Part shown: piece after piece, positions 30,715 to 40,991 of the stretch
Layout of the letters: every line of letters starts with the position of its first letter
Numbering within the stretch: position 1 is the first letter of the stretch
Assembly: GCA_044222185.1 (NCBI GenBank)
Contig: JBGANV010000004.1
Coordinates: forward strand, 448,001 to 512,000
Length of the DNA: 64,000 nt
DNA from: Planctomycetota bacterium
GTDB taxonomy: Bacteria > Planctomycetota > GCA-002687715 > CAIWVZ01
Reading direction: 5' to 3'
Made by a program: the position numbers and the translations under genes
Notes under the pieces: model-generated
What the model was told of the DNA's origin: nothing
Databases searched by the model: none
What the model saw: the letters and a program-made list of their open reading frames with translations, nothing else

Positions 30715-30898
30715 GGGGATCTCCGAAAGCGGGAGCGTTCCTCTGATGGAAGCAGCGGCTGTTCGCCGCTGGGTGAAGTTCAAGCGCGTCGAGTCTATGA
30801 AGCGCGAGGCCGGACCTGCAAGGTCCTGGCACGATCGGAGATCGGTCTCGTGTGGACCGCGTGGCGCTGGGGATCGGTGGCGGCCGACGCAGGAATGG

Positions 30899-32701
30899 TC
30901 AGCCGAGGTGGGCGCGCGCGCTGTCTCCCATCGGAAGTCCCTCGGGGAAATAGTCTTTCCACCGCCGGTCGACCGTCTCCGCCGTACGTGAGTCGCAGAT
31001 TAACTCGGCGGGGTGGTGAGGTTTCTTGCGCGCGTCGATGACGACAGGGGGTGTCCATGACGGGTGGTTGCGCACCAGTTCGAGGCTCGCGGCGTGGATG
31101 TCCGCGGCGGGTTCGAAGCGCGTGAATGTCGTCCAGAGGAACGATGCTTCGGATCGGACGGCCTCGGCGACATCGTCCACGAGTACGACCAGCGGCCACT
31201 TCGCAAACGACGACGTTCGTGCGACCCGCCGTCCGGCATCGGGTTCGGCGGCGAACGAAGGCCCCGAGACGACGAGACATCCGGGACACCAGGCACGGGC
31301 GTCTTCGACCTCGGGCGGGAGAGCGCCATCGAACACGGCCGGCAGCGCGCGGATTGCGGGGCCGACTCCCAGGAGCACGCCCTTGCTGCCTTCGTTCACC
31401 TTGGGGCCGCAGTAGTCGAGCGTGTCCATGGAGAGGTTGCCGAAGACGTAGAGGTCCGAGCGGAAATCGGCGCGCGCAAGCACGTGCTCGAGCACGCGAC
31501 GGAAGTCGCGCAACGGAACGGACTCGTCCAGGACGAGCAGGAATTTCGTGAGCGAGAGCTGGCCCTCGCCGAGTATGCGGAACGCGCTCGCCATCGCCTC
31601 GCGCTTGTAGCGCTGCGCGACCACGGCGGCAGAAAGCGAGTGGTAGCCCGTCTCGCCGTAGGACCACAGATCGCGCACGGCGGGCATCACGACCGGGAAT
31701 AGCGGCGACAACAGCTCCTGGAGGAAGTCTCCGATGAAGAAGTCCTCCTGGCGCGGCTTGCCGACGACGGTCGCGGGGAGGATCGCATCGCGTCGGTGAT
31801 AGATCGTCCGCGGACGGAACACCGGATAGTCGTGCGTGAGCGAGTAGTAGCCGTAGTGATCGCCGAACGGGCCCTCGGGGCGACGCTCGTGCGGGCGCAC
31901 CTCACCGACCAGGGCGAACTCGGCCTCCGCGGGCACGGGCAGGGTCGTTTCCGGGACGCGCACGAGTGGCAGTTTCTCGCCGAGGACGAGCGAGGCGAGC
32001 AGGAGTTCGGGGACGTTCTCGGGAAGTGGGGCGATGGCCGCGAGAATCAGCGCCGGAGGGCCGCCGAGGAACACGTTCACGGGCAGCGGTTCGTTGCGTC
32101 CCTCGGCGACGGCGTGGTGGAATCCGCCGCCCTTGCCGATCTGCCAGTGCATGCCGAACGTGGCGTCCGAGAAGCGCTGCATCCGGTACATGCCCAGGTT
32201 GTGTCCGTGCGTGAGCGGATGCTGCGTGTAGACGAGAGGCAGCGTGAGGAACGCGCCGCCGTCTTCGGCCCAGGTTCGCAGGAGCGGCATGGTCGCCGCC
32301 ACGCCTGGTTCGCCACGCACGGCGGACACGGGGCCGGTTCCTCGACGCGCCATCCCTACTTTCGTGAGGGACCGAATCAGGCGTCGCTGTGACCACAGTC
32401 GCCCGAGCGACGGCGGCATGAGCTCTTCCGGCAGCCGCGCGACCTGGGCGATGATCTCGCGCGGCCGATCGCCGAACGCGAGCTGAACGCGTTCGCGAGT
32501 CCCGAACAGGTTGGTCACGAGCGGGAAGGCCGCGCCCTTCACGTTCTCGAAGAGGAGCGCCGGGCCGCCGGCGGCGATCACGCGGCGGTGGATCTCCGCA
32601 GCCTCCAGGTCCGAATCGACCTCGACGCGGATGCGTCGCAAATCGTTCCGATCGTTCAGTGCGGCGAGGAACTGCCTCAGGTTGCGAAATGCGGCGCCCA
32701 T
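30899..32701 (-). CDS. ubiD: UbiD-family prFMN decarboxylase (long form, possibly the menaquinone pathway)
   Basis: GPALLFENVKG, NLGMYRMQ, EGPFGDHYGYY, VGKPRQED. Confidence 0.9.
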   Translation of the reverse strand: MGAAFRNLRQFLAALNDRNDLRRIRVEVDSDLEAAEIHRRVIAAGGPALLFENVKGAAFPLVTNLFGTRERVQLAFGDRPREIIAQVARLPEELMPPSLGRLWSQRRLIRSLTKVGMARRGTGPVSAVRGEPGVAATMPLLRTWAEDGGAFLTLPLVYTQHPLTHGHNLGMYRMQRFSDATFGMHWQIGKGGGFHHAVAEGRNEPLPVNVFLGGPPALILAAIAPLPENVPELLLASLVLGEKLPLVRVPETTLPVPAEAEFALVGEVRPHERRPEGPFGDHYGYYSLTHDYPVFRPRTIYHRRDAILPATVVGKPRQEDFFIGDFLQELLSPLFPVVMPAVRDLWSYGETGYHSLSAAVVAQRYKREAMASAFRILGEGQLSLTKFLLVLDESVPLRDFRRVLEHVLARADFRSDLYVFGNLSMDTLDYCGPKVNEGSKGVLLGVGPAIRALPAVFDGALPPEVEDARAWCPGCLVVSGPSFAAEPDAGRRVARTSSFAKWPLVVLVDDVAEAVRSEASFLWTTFTRFEPAADIHAASLELVRNHPSWTPPVVIDARKKPHHPAELICDSRTAETVDRRWKDYFPEGLPMGDSARAHLG

Positions 32702-32815
32702 GGCGTGGCAGCTTTGTAACCGGCGGGGTCGTTCGCCTGCAGGCCCGCGCGAGGGACGATCGCCATCGTCGCGGTGCTTTTCGCTGGCGGTCGCGCGGCT
32801 ACCGTGGAGCACGTC

Positions 32816-33334
32816 ATGGCCGCTCCTCCGTCCTCATCGTCGTCCCACCGGCAGCCCGCGTCCGGCAGCAAACGCGAACGAAGTCCGGCCCAGATCCGCG
32901 AGTTCGAGCTGCGTGTCTGGGATCTCGCCAAGAACCTCATCCATCCGGCGTTCGTGTACGCGACGTGCCAGGTTGCCATGTGGTGCGCGTTCGAGCGCAA
33001 CGGGGCCTTCGCGTGGCCGCACCCCGGGTTCTGGTGGCGGACGGGAATTCACGCCATCCAATTCCTGGGTGCTTGGGCCGTGTTCTACGGCACTTTGCTC
33101 CGTGACATGCTCGTCGAGACCGTGACGCCGACCGTCATCGCCTGGATCGCCGTCGTCGGCACCGTGATCGCCTGGACGTGGCCGTCACCGCGGTCCGAGC
33201 TGGCCTGCGTCGCCTACTGGGTCATCCTCGGAGTTCAGCTCGCAACGGCGCTCACCGGGTGGGGAATCGCGGCCGCTCAGTGGTTCCGCTCGAAGCGCCG
33301 GTACCTGGCGGAGCATCCGGAGGAGGACGCGTGA
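32816..33334 (+). CDS. Hypothetical membrane protein (about 4 TM)
   Basis: GGAG RBS; several Trp-rich hydrophobic helices; GTGA overlap with next gene. Confidence 0.65.
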   Translation: MAAPPSSSSSHRQPASGSKRERSPAQIREFELRVWDLAKNLIHPAFVYATCQVAMWCAFERNGAFAWPHPGFWWRTGIHAIQFLGAWAVFYGTLLRDMLVETVTPTVIAWIAVVGTVIAWTWPSPRSELACVAYWVILGVQLATALTGWGIAAAQWFRSKRRYLAEHPEEDA

Positions 33335-33831
33335 TCCACGGGGTCCTTGCAAGTCTCCAGAGCAACGCCGAACGGAGTCAGGAAGACTTCTTCGGCTGGA
33401 AGGTCGCGGCCTGGACGATCATCCCCATGTTGATCGTGTTCCTGCTCGCACGGTCACGGCGGCAGAAGGAGCCCGAGCCGCCGCACGTCACGGACGCCGA
33501 TTTCGACGCCGAGGTGCTCCAGAGCCCCGTGCCGGTCCTCGTCCATTTCTACCGGGAGTGGAGCATCGGTGACCGCGTGATGATCAACCAGGCCCGCAGG
33601 CTCGCCGAGCGGAACGGCCCGGCCCTGAAAGTCCGCTGGCTCGAGGTCGAGCAGTCGCCGGCCACCGTCGCACGGTTCAGCCACATCGAAACGCCGGCGT
33701 TCCTGTTCTTCGCCGATGGGAAGTGCCTTTTCCACTGCGAAGGCGTCGTGGACGAGGCGGACGTTCATCGAGAAATCTGGCAGGCCCACGAAAAACACCT
33801 CAAGCGCCGCCAAAGTCCGCCAGCGGGCTGA
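33331..33831 (+). CDS. Membrane-anchored thioredoxin-fold protein lacking CxxC
   Basis: VTDADFDAEVLQSPVPVLVHFY.EW..., cis-Pro TP..FF.DG; WSIGD replaces WCGPC. Confidence 0.75.
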   Translation: MIHGVLASLQSNAERSQEDFFGWKVAAWTIIPMLIVFLLARSRRQKEPEPPHVTDADFDAEVLQSPVPVLVHFYREWSIGDRVMINQARRLAERNGPALKVRWLEVEQSPATVARFSHIETPAFLFFADGKCLFHCEGVVDEADVHREIWQAHEKHLKRRQSPPAG

Positions 33832-33892
33832 CCCGCCGTGCTTGCGGGAGCTTGGCGGCCCAATATGATCTCCGGACTCATCGGGAACCCAG

Positions 33893-34210
33893 ATGGCTGA
33901 AGCACTCATCAACACCAAGCGCAAGCGCAAGCCCAAGGACATCGCTGTCATCACCGACAACTGCACGGGCTGCGCAGGGTCGCCGGTGTGCCAGGAGCTG
34001 TGCCCCGTCGAGGACTGCATGAACCTCATCGTCGACGAGGATCACCAGCCCTTCGGCTACATCTGGGTCGACCCGGTGAAGTGCATCGGCTGCAAGAAGT
34101 GCGTGACCAAGGGTCCGGACGGCACCTGGCTCGAAGGCTGCCCCTGGAACGCCATCGTCATGCAGCCCACGGCCGAGTGGGAAGCCAGCAACGGCGTCCT
34201 GCCGTTCTGA
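33893..34210 (+). CDS. 2x[4Fe-4S] ferredoxin
   Basis: CTGCAGSPVCQELCP and CIGCKKC...CPWNAI. Confidence 0.9.
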   Translation: MAEALINTKRKRKPKDIAVITDNCTGCAGSPVCQELCPVEDCMNLIVDEDHQPFGYIWVDPVKCIGCKKCVTKGPDGTWLEGCPWNAIVMQPTAEWEASNGVLPF

Positions 34211-34488
34211 TCAGGCGCCCCCGCCAAGTACGAGCCGCGGTTGCGTGCGGCGTACCGCGATCGTCGACGTAGCGTGGTTCGTGGAGCGACGTCTGCGGGG
34301 GTTTCACCGCAGGATCGATCATCGCGGCGAGTTCCAGTCAGGCGATCAACTCGATCTATCACCGTGGTCGGGCCAACCTTCGAGCCTCGGCGGCGGCGTT
34401 CCGCCAAGGCTCTCACCCCATCGCGCGGGCTCGGTTCGGCACTCGACGGCGCGTCGACCGCGGCGCGAGTCGGGCCCTGGCCCCTCGG

Positions 34489-36084
34489 TCAGAGCGTGAT
34501 GCGCGCAACGTTCGAGACTGCCGCGATGAACGGCGGCGCCGAACCGAACACGACCGTGACGACGTCGAAGGTCGAGCCGCAAAGGGTGAACGCGCCCGTC
34601 GTCGCGTAGGTCAGATTGATCGGGGGCGTCGTGCCACTCAGCGGGAGCGTTCCATTGAAGGGCGCCGTGAGCACGCAGAGTTCCAGCACCGACCACGGCA
34701 CGTCGACGTCGAAGAACCAACCCGTCGGCGGAGCGGCCGGAAGGGCCGGGCCGGCCACCGTGAGGTACTTGGATCCCGCCAGCGAGCAGAACTTGTTCTG
34801 CCAACCGAAGCCGCCCGTGCAGTTGCCTCCGTGAACGGTGAGGGCGGGCCCCGCCCAGATCGTGACCTTGAAGACTCCGGCGGCCGTCGGCGTCGTCGCG
34901 AAACTGCAGTCCATCCACTCCGGGACGCAATCCCCGTTCACGTCACCGAGGAATGCTGCCGCGCAGGCCGCGCCCTGCGTCGTGTCGACGAACAGCAGCT
35001 GGCCCGTCGCGCCCGAGTAGATCCGTCCAGACACCGAATAGTCGCTCACGCCGTCCGAGTCGAAGTCCTTCCCGCCTGCGCAGACTCCTTGAATGGCCGG
35101 GTGCGAACGGATCAGGCCCAGGTTCGTTCCGCTCACGACATCGGTGAAGGCGCTCGCCGTGTTGTTCGACACGGCGATGTCACCGAGAAGGTTGTTGTTG
35201 ACGTCACCAACACCAGCGATCCAGTTTGCGTACTGCCCGCCGGGGATCGATCCGTCGCGTGGAGTCGTGTACTGCGTCGGAAGGAATCCCCCGACCGGGA
35301 CGGTGAAGACATGGAGGCGGCCTCCGAGCGGGTGATTCGGCGCACCGACCGCGAAGTCAGGCCGGCCATCGCCGTTGCCATCACCGATCGCCGCGACGGA
35401 CGTGCCGAACGAGTCCCCGTTCGCCGACCCGGCGAGGAACGTCGCCGAGGAGAAGCTCGGTCCCCAGAACACGAAGACACGCCCCGGATTCGGCGCAAGC
35501 ATGTTCGAGCCGACCACGATGTCGGGGAAACCGTCCGCATTCAGGTCGCCGGGAAGGGCGATGGTGCCACCGAACTCGAGGGTCGGCGGAAGGCCGGGCG
35601 GCGGCGAAGGCGGGTAGAGGAACGCGGGAAGTCCCGGCGTCGCGCTGAGTATGGCGACGCGGCCCGTGAACGCCCCTCCCACGACGGCGCCGTTGAAGTT
35701 TGGCGCGCCGATGAGCACGGCCGCCGTGCCCGTCGGTGTGACGGGTCCCATCGTGACGTTCGAGCCGAGGTTCTCGCCCGCCGTCGCGCCATTCGCCTGC
35801 GTGACCAGCGCCCCCGTGCTTCCCGAGTAGACGAACGCTGCCCCCGGGGCCGTCGGATTACCCGATGGATACAACGGCGCGCCGATGGCGTAATCCGGAA
35901 CGCCGTCGCCGGTGAAGTCGCCGCCAGTGCCGATCTGGTTGCTTCCGAAATAGATGGGGCCGCCGACGGGTGCCGCGTGAGAGCGGGCCACCCGCAAGGC
36001 CGGGAACACCGCCTGGGCGCCGGCAACGCTTGCGAGCGCTGTGGCGACGAAGACGAGAGAGAGTACGCGAGTCGCTGCGGACAT
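34489..36084 (-). CDS. Secreted FG-GAP (integrin-alpha-like beta-propeller) repeat protein
   Basis: Signal peptide; repeated GD.NGDG.PD..VGAP. Confidence 0.88.
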   Translation of the reverse strand: MSAATRVLSLVFVATALASVAGAQAVFPALRVARSHAAPVGGPIYFGSNQIGTGGDFTGDGVPDYAIGAPLYPSGNPTAPGAAFVYSGSTGALVTQANGATAGENLGSNVTMGPVTPTGTAAVLIGAPNFNGAVVGGAFTGRVAILSATPGLPAFLYPPSPPPGLPPTLEFGGTIALPGDLNADGFPDIVVGSNMLAPNPGRVFVFWGPSFSSATFLAGSANGDSFGTSVAAIGDGNGDGRPDFAVGAPNHPLGGRLHVFTVPVGGFLPTQYTTPRDGSIPGGQYANWIAGVGDVNNNLLGDIAVSNNTASAFTDVVSGTNLGLIRSHPAIQGVCAGGKDFDSDGVSDYSVSGRIYSGATGQLLFVDTTQGAACAAAFLGDVNGDCVPEWMDCSFATTPTAAGVFKVTIWAGPALTVHGGNCTGGFGWQNKFCSLAGSKYLTVAGPALPAAPPTGWFFDVDVPWSVLELCVLTAPFNGTLPLSGTTPPINLTYATTGAFTLCGSTFDVVTVVFGSAPPFIAAVSNVARITL

Positions 36085-36219
36085 GGGTTTCCTCCGAAAA
36101 CGTCGTGGCTTGAAGTCACGGCCTGCGAGTGGCCGTGTACGGATCCCCCATGGCCGGAGTGCCGATTTCGTGACACGCGCGCCGCGAGATTCTCGCGCTC
36201 GCCGTCCGTCATGAACCCG

Positions 36220-36475
36220 AGGAGCGCCAGGCTTCGCCTGGCCGGACCGCGAGGCCTCCGGCCTCGCGCGAACGTCGCCGAAACTCAATTCGCGTCGATC
36301 GCCGCCGCCAGTTCCCGGCAGCCCAAGACCCTGCCGTCCATCCGCGTAGAAAGCGCGGCCCGTCGCCGCTGGCCCGAGGTCGTCCGACGGCAGGAGCGCC
36401 AGGCTTCGCCTGGCCGGATCGCGAGGCCTCCGGCCTCGCGCGAACGTCGACGAAACGAAGTTCGCGTCGATTGCC
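36220..36475. repeat. Two 84-bp direct repeats, each with internal hairpins (REP-like)
   Basis: 36220-36303 and 36392-36475 nearly identical; each has GCCAGGC-ttc-GCCTGGC and CGCGAGGCC-tcc-GGCCTCGCG. Confidence 0.85.
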
Positions 36476-36575
36476 AGCGTGATCTCCGTCGCGCGCTCAA
36501 TGCCCGCGACGAGTTCCAAGCAGCTCAGAACCCCGCCGCCGGCCGGCGTAGAGAGCGCGGCGCGCCCTCGCTCGG

Positions 36576-37415
36576 CTACCGCGTGCGCGCCCGCAGGAGC
36601 GTGATCGCTTCCTTCGCCTGCGCCTCCACGTCCTTGTCCAGATCGGGGGTCGCCGCGAGGAACGCTTCGATGTCGGCGGCATGTTCGGCGCGGCCGACGC
36701 CGGGGAACATGAGGGCGATGATGGCGTCACGGGCGTGCGACTGGGCTGCGCCGAGGGAGGCGATGAGATCACCCTTCGTGAGGTTTGCGTTGGCGGCGGC
36801 GAGTTTGGTGATCTTGCCGACGAAGGGGGGCTCGATGATCAGCGTGCCGCCGGAGGCCTTCGCCAGCGATCCGATCTGGTGACCTCGGTCGAGCGTGTCG
36901 CCCACGTGCGACTTGGGGGTGAACACACCGGCCTCGGGGGCCAGGATCTCGGTGGGCTTCAGCATGCTGCGGAGGATCTCGACTCCGGCGGCCGAGCCGT
37001 GACGGGCCGTCGAAAGCGCAGCGTTGCGGGCGACGATGGCGACGGGGTCGCCGAGCAGGGGCAGCAGCGCGGCACGGAACGTCTCGTCCTTGTTGTCCTC
37101 GCCCATGACCCACGCGGCGGCCTTGCGGTGCTCCGGGTCCTCGGCCTTCGCCATGGCGATGACGGCGGGGTAGAAGGCCTTCACGCTCGCGTCCTTGGCC
37201 TGGATGCGCCGGGAGACCTCCTCGGCGGCGTGGTAGGCGTCACGCCCCGAACTCGAGTCCGCGAGAAACGCCGTGAGTTCGGCGTCGCTCAGCGGCCTGC
37301 GGAGCGAGTCGCGATTCAGCATGAACAGGCCCGTGCCGAACACGATCACGAGGATCACGAAGGGAAGTAGACGATTCTTCCGTGGAGGATGCGGCGCGTC
37401 GGTGGGCTCGGACAT
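36576..37415 (-). CDS. Membrane-anchored HEAT-repeat protein with a biotinyl/lipoyl-like barrel
   Basis: N-term TM; HEAT-like AAWVMG/NAAL; ILAPEAG..IEPPFVGKI..GDLIA barrel-sandwich pattern; follows the bc operon. Confidence 0.7.
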   Translation of the reverse strand: MSEPTDAPHPPRKNRLLPFVILVIVFGTGLFMLNRDSLRRPLSDAELTAFLADSSSGRDAYHAAEEVSRRIQAKDASVKAFYPAVIAMAKAEDPEHRKAAAWVMGEDNKDETFRAALLPLLGDPVAIVARNAALSTARHGSAAGVEILRSMLKPTEILAPEAGVFTPKSHVGDTLDRGHQIGSLAKASGGTLIIEPPFVGKITKLAAANANLTKGDLIASLGAAQSHARDAIIALMFPGVGRAEHAADIEAFLAATPDLDKDVEAQAKEAITLLRARTR

Positions 37416-37578
37416 GGCCGGGGATGCTAACGACGGACCCTGAGGGTTCATCGTTCCGGGAGTCGCGCGCGGAGGAAGTCGCGTCGGGTCGACGCTCGCG
37501 CGGGGTGTCCGCGCCGGCGCGAGCGTGTCGCGCCGGGCGGTGGCGGTCACGGCGAAGTACCGCGACCGCGCAAGACGG

Positions 37579-40500
37579 TCACTTCGGCTTGAACACGCCC
37601 GGGCTGTTGAACTGGGCGAGGAAGCGAGCCATCAGGTCGGCGTGGTCGCCGGTGTAGGACTTGAGGGCCTCCGGGACGTCGTTCTTGTTCACGACCCACC
37701 GTCGGCCGTCCCGCTTGAACAGGCCGGTCGGCATGTTCGAGCCCGGGATCAGCTGGGCGGGATCGAGGATCCAGCGCTGGATCCACTGCGGCCGCAGACG
37801 CGCCGCCGCGAGGTGGAAGCCTGGAGCGTTGATGTCCTTCGTGAACGTCGTCTGCTCGCCGGTCGCGTGGCACTTCGCGCAGCCGTTGACCTCGTTGAAG
37901 ATCGCGCGTCCAGCCGCCGCCTCGGCGTCCGTGAGCGGCACCTGCTCGGGGCGAACGTAGGGCGTCGTCTGGTTCGCGAGGGCGCCGAAGAACCGAACGA
38001 TCTTCGAGATCTCGCCGTCCGACATGTCGTACGTCGGCATGCGGACGTTCAGGTATGGGCGAACGCCGTTGCGGTGGACGTTGGTTCGCGAGAGCGCAGG
38101 GTTGCGGAGGAACTCCGCGAGCCACTGCGGGTCGACGCGCGCGCCTTCACCGACGAGGGTCGGCGGACGACGGCCCGGACCACCGCGGTGCGACTCGCCG
38201 TTCTGTCCAAGCACCTCGGGCATGTCCTCGCCCGCCTTCGAGAACCACGGCGTCGTCCACAGCGCGGGCAGCGCGCCCGCCTCGAATGCGTGGCATCCGA
38301 CGCAGTTGTACTTCTTCACGACCCACCAGCCGTCCTGGACCGCCTGGCGCTGATCGGCGGGGAGGTACTGGTACTTCGGTGGGATGTTCGTCTCGAGCGA
38401 TCCCTGGATGAAGGTCGAGACCGCCGTGATGTCGCCGTCCGAGAGGCGGAAGTTGGGCATCTTCAGGCCACCCAGCTCCTCCGCGGGCTCCTTGCCCTGG
38501 TCCCAGATCTGCGGGTCCTTGAGCTTGCGGTCGACGAAGCCCTTCACGTTGTAGTAGCCGTCGTGCTCGGCGACGTGCGTGAGCTGGCCGAAGTCGAGGC
38601 GCTCGATCGGCTTCGACCCCTCCTTCGTCAGCTCGGTGCCGATGCGCTGAGCATCTTCCATCCCGGCGATCTCGTGGCATCCGGCGCAGCCGTAGTTCTT
38701 CACCAGCCGCTCGCCGCGGTCGATGAGCTCCTTCGACGCGCCCGTGATGCCCGCCGCATCCGGGTAGCTCGCGCCGTCCTGCTTCTGCGTCATGAGGTAC
38801 GACGCGATGTCGCGTGCATCCTCATCCGAGAGGCGGAGGTTCGGCATCACCGTCATCTGGTGGGTGAGGAGCGTGCCCCACTCCTTCGGCCAGGACGGAT
38901 TCTGGTGGTCGAACTCGAACGGGAAACCTGCCTTCTGGAAGTCCTCGGGCGTCAGGTCACGCTTCAGTCCGAAGCTGAACGGCAGCGTCTTCTGCTTGGG
39001 ATTCGAAACCCAGCGAACGAGGTAGTCGAAGTTGTCCTTCTCACCGACGCGCGAGAGGTTCGCCGCGAAGTCGTTCCCGACGATCTCGCCGCCGATCTTG
39101 GCCGAGTGGCAGGCCACGCAGCCGCGATCACGGACGAGGACTTCACCGCGCGCCGCATCGCCCGGCTGCTTCTTCTCGAGCGGGCCGACGACGCCGCGCG
39201 ACCAGATGAACGCCGCGATCGCCTGCGCCTGCCCCTCGTCGATGCGCGCGTAGGTCGGCATCTTCGTGTCGGGCCGGAACACCGACGGGTCCTTGATCCA
39301 GCCCGGCAACCAGGCCGGGTTGATCTTCATGCGCACTTCCTTCAGGCTCGGGCCGACCTTCTTCATCTCGAGGATCAGCTCGTGCTCGCGGGCGGACTTC
39401 GTTCCCCGATTCGTCTGGGCCTGGGAGACCTGCTGCGTCAGGGCCGGGATGCGGTCTTGGAGCGCTTCGATCACCGTCGACTTGAGCTCGTCATCAAGAC
39501 GCCCCATCGACAGCGCCGCCGACAAGCCGGCGTGCTTCGCGGCCGGGACGACGGGCGAGGTCATCGCGACCTCGGCGCACAGCGCGCGAGTTGCGGAATC
39601 GAGGATGTCGCTGCCTTCATGGGCGCCGACACGCGCGATGGCCTTGTTGACGTCCGCGATCTTCGTCTTGACGGCATCCTCAGCGAGATCGAGGGCCTGG
39701 ATGTCCTTTCGGACGATCGTCAGTTCCTCGTTCTCCGTGTCGTAGCCCTCGTAACGGTGGCAGCCCCAGCACCCGCGCTTGCGGAAGAGCTCCTTGCCCT
39801 GGTTCAGCGTCGCGGCGTGTCCGAGGACGAGGTCCTTGCCGTGGCACTGATTGCAGCCCGCCTCGCGGTTCTCCTTCTCCCACATGGGCCACAGCCAGTG
39901 TTTGAACTTGCCGTGGGCCGTCTCGACGTTGATGACGCCGACACCATTGCCCCCGTGGCACGGGCTGCATCCGAAACGATCCGGATCGTGGATCGCCAGG
40001 AGCTCACCGTTCGGGTGACTCACGAACGTGCGCTCGCCGCCCACGTCTTCCGCCTTGATCGGGATCGGGCTGCGTGCACCCAGGTGGCACGACTCACAGC
40101 GATCGACGAGTTCGCCCATGTCGGCGACGTGGATCTGCTTGATCTCGTACTTGAAGGTCTCGAGCTCGCCCTTCATCGACGCGATGGCGCCCGACGAGAC
40201 GCCGCGGAGCTGCTTCGCCTTGAAGGCGTCGAGTGCCTTGGCGGCCTCCTGCTCAGGACCGGCGAGGATGCCCCGCTCGCCCTGAAGACGGCCCTGCTCC
40301 GCCTTGAGGTACTGGAAGCGCTTCACCAGGCTCACGGGCGTGTACTTGGCCTGGATCGTCTTCGTCGGGTCCTTCGGATCGGGAACCTCGACCGAGAACT
40401 CCTTCTGCTTGAAGCTCTCGAGCTCGGCGCGGAGTGAGTCCTTGCTCGACCCCTCGGCGTTCTCGATGCGGTTCGTGTACTCGTCCATGCGACCCTTCGA

Positions 40501-40866
40501 GTCGCGGAACGTGTAATCCAGAGCCTTGAGCTCGGGGTCGATGGCGTTGAGCTTCGCGATCACCTCGCGCAGTCCGGCCTCGCTCGCCTTCTTCGCGGCT
40601 TGGACGTTTGCGCTCAGCGTCTTGTACTCGGCGGAGGCGATGATCCTCGACTCGCGGTCGCGGACGTCGCCTTCGATGCTCGTCAGGTAGTCGCCGAAGC
40701 TCCCGACCCAACGCTGCTGGTACTCGATGTAGGGGCGCTTGTGGACGGCCTCGTCCCAGATCGCCCACCCGGTGGTGACGATGAGGAGGAACGTCGATAC
40801 GGCAATCGGCATGCTCAAGGACTGCGTGCGGATGGGATCCGGCGGGATCGGCTGCTCTTCAGCCAT
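37579..40866 (-). CDS. Membrane-anchored octaheme cytochrome c of the Rieske/cyt b complex
   Basis: Eight CxxCH (CESCH, CSPCH, CNQCH, CWGCH, CVACH, CAGCH, CVGCH, CAKCH); distal MP motifs; N-term TM and coiled coil. Confidence 0.9.
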   Translation of the reverse strand: MAEEQPIPPDPIRTQSLSMPIAVSTFLLIVTTGWAIWDEAVHKRPYIEYQQRWVGSFGDYLTSIEGDVRDRESRIIASAEYKTLSANVQAAKKASEAGLREVIAKLNAIDPELKALDYTFRDSKGRMDEYTNRIENAEGSSKDSLRAELESFKQKEFSVEVPDPKDPTKTIQAKYTPVSLVKRFQYLKAEQGRLQGERGILAGPEQEAAKALDAFKAKQLRGVSSGAIASMKGELETFKYEIKQIHVADMGELVDRCESCHLGARSPIPIKAEDVGGERTFVSHPNGELLAIHDPDRFGCSPCHGGNGVGVINVETAHGKFKHWLWPMWEKENREAGCNQCHGKDLVLGHAATLNQGKELFRKRGCWGCHRYEGYDTENEELTIVRKDIQALDLAEDAVKTKIADVNKAIARVGAHEGSDILDSATRALCAEVAMTSPVVPAAKHAGLSAALSMGRLDDELKSTVIEALQDRIPALTQQVSQAQTNRGTKSAREHELILEMKKVGPSLKEVRMKINPAWLPGWIKDPSVFRPDTKMPTYARIDEGQAQAIAAFIWSRGVVGPLEKKQPGDAARGEVLVRDRGCVACHSAKIGGEIVGNDFAANLSRVGEKDNFDYLVRWVSNPKQKTLPFSFGLKRDLTPEDFQKAGFPFEFDHQNPSWPKEWGTLLTHQMTVMPNLRLSDEDARDIASYLMTQKQDGASYPDAAGITGASKELIDRGERLVKNYGCAGCHEIAGMEDAQRIGTELTKEGSKPIERLDFGQLTHVAEHDGYYNVKGFVDRKLKDPQIWDQGKEPAEELGGLKMPNFRLSDGDITAVSTFIQGSLETNIPPKYQYLPADQRQAVQDGWWVVKKYNCVGCHAFEAGALPALWTTPWFSKAGEDMPEVLGQNGESHRGGPGRRPPTLVGEGARVDPQWLAEFLRNPALSRTNVHRNGVRPYLNVRMPTYDMSDGEISKIVRFFGALANQTTPYVRPEQVPLTDAEAAAGRAIFNEVNGCAKCHATGEQTTFTKDINAPGFHLAAARLRPQWIQRWILDPAQLIPGSNMPTGLFKRDGRRWVVNKNDVPEALKSYTGDHADLMARFLAQFNSPGVFKPK

Positions 40867-40991
40867 GAGTTCAGTGCTCCTTCGCTTCAGGCGGCTCGTC
40901 ATGCCGCCTCGTCGGAATCGGTGTTTGGATCAGCGCCGGCGCGTGCCGTGCGCGGGTTTGGTGCGCGCACGAGGCGCGCACCAGGGGGGCG

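Noticed and set aside
33893-34210. Ferredoxin as the missing GRE activase
   Set aside because: Ferredoxin-type Cys motifs only, no CxxxCxxC radical-SAM core, 105 aa, and 19 kb away
36220-36475. CRISPR array interpretation of the direct repeat
   Set aside because: Only two units, repeat (84 nt) and spacer (88 nt) too long, no cas genes in the window
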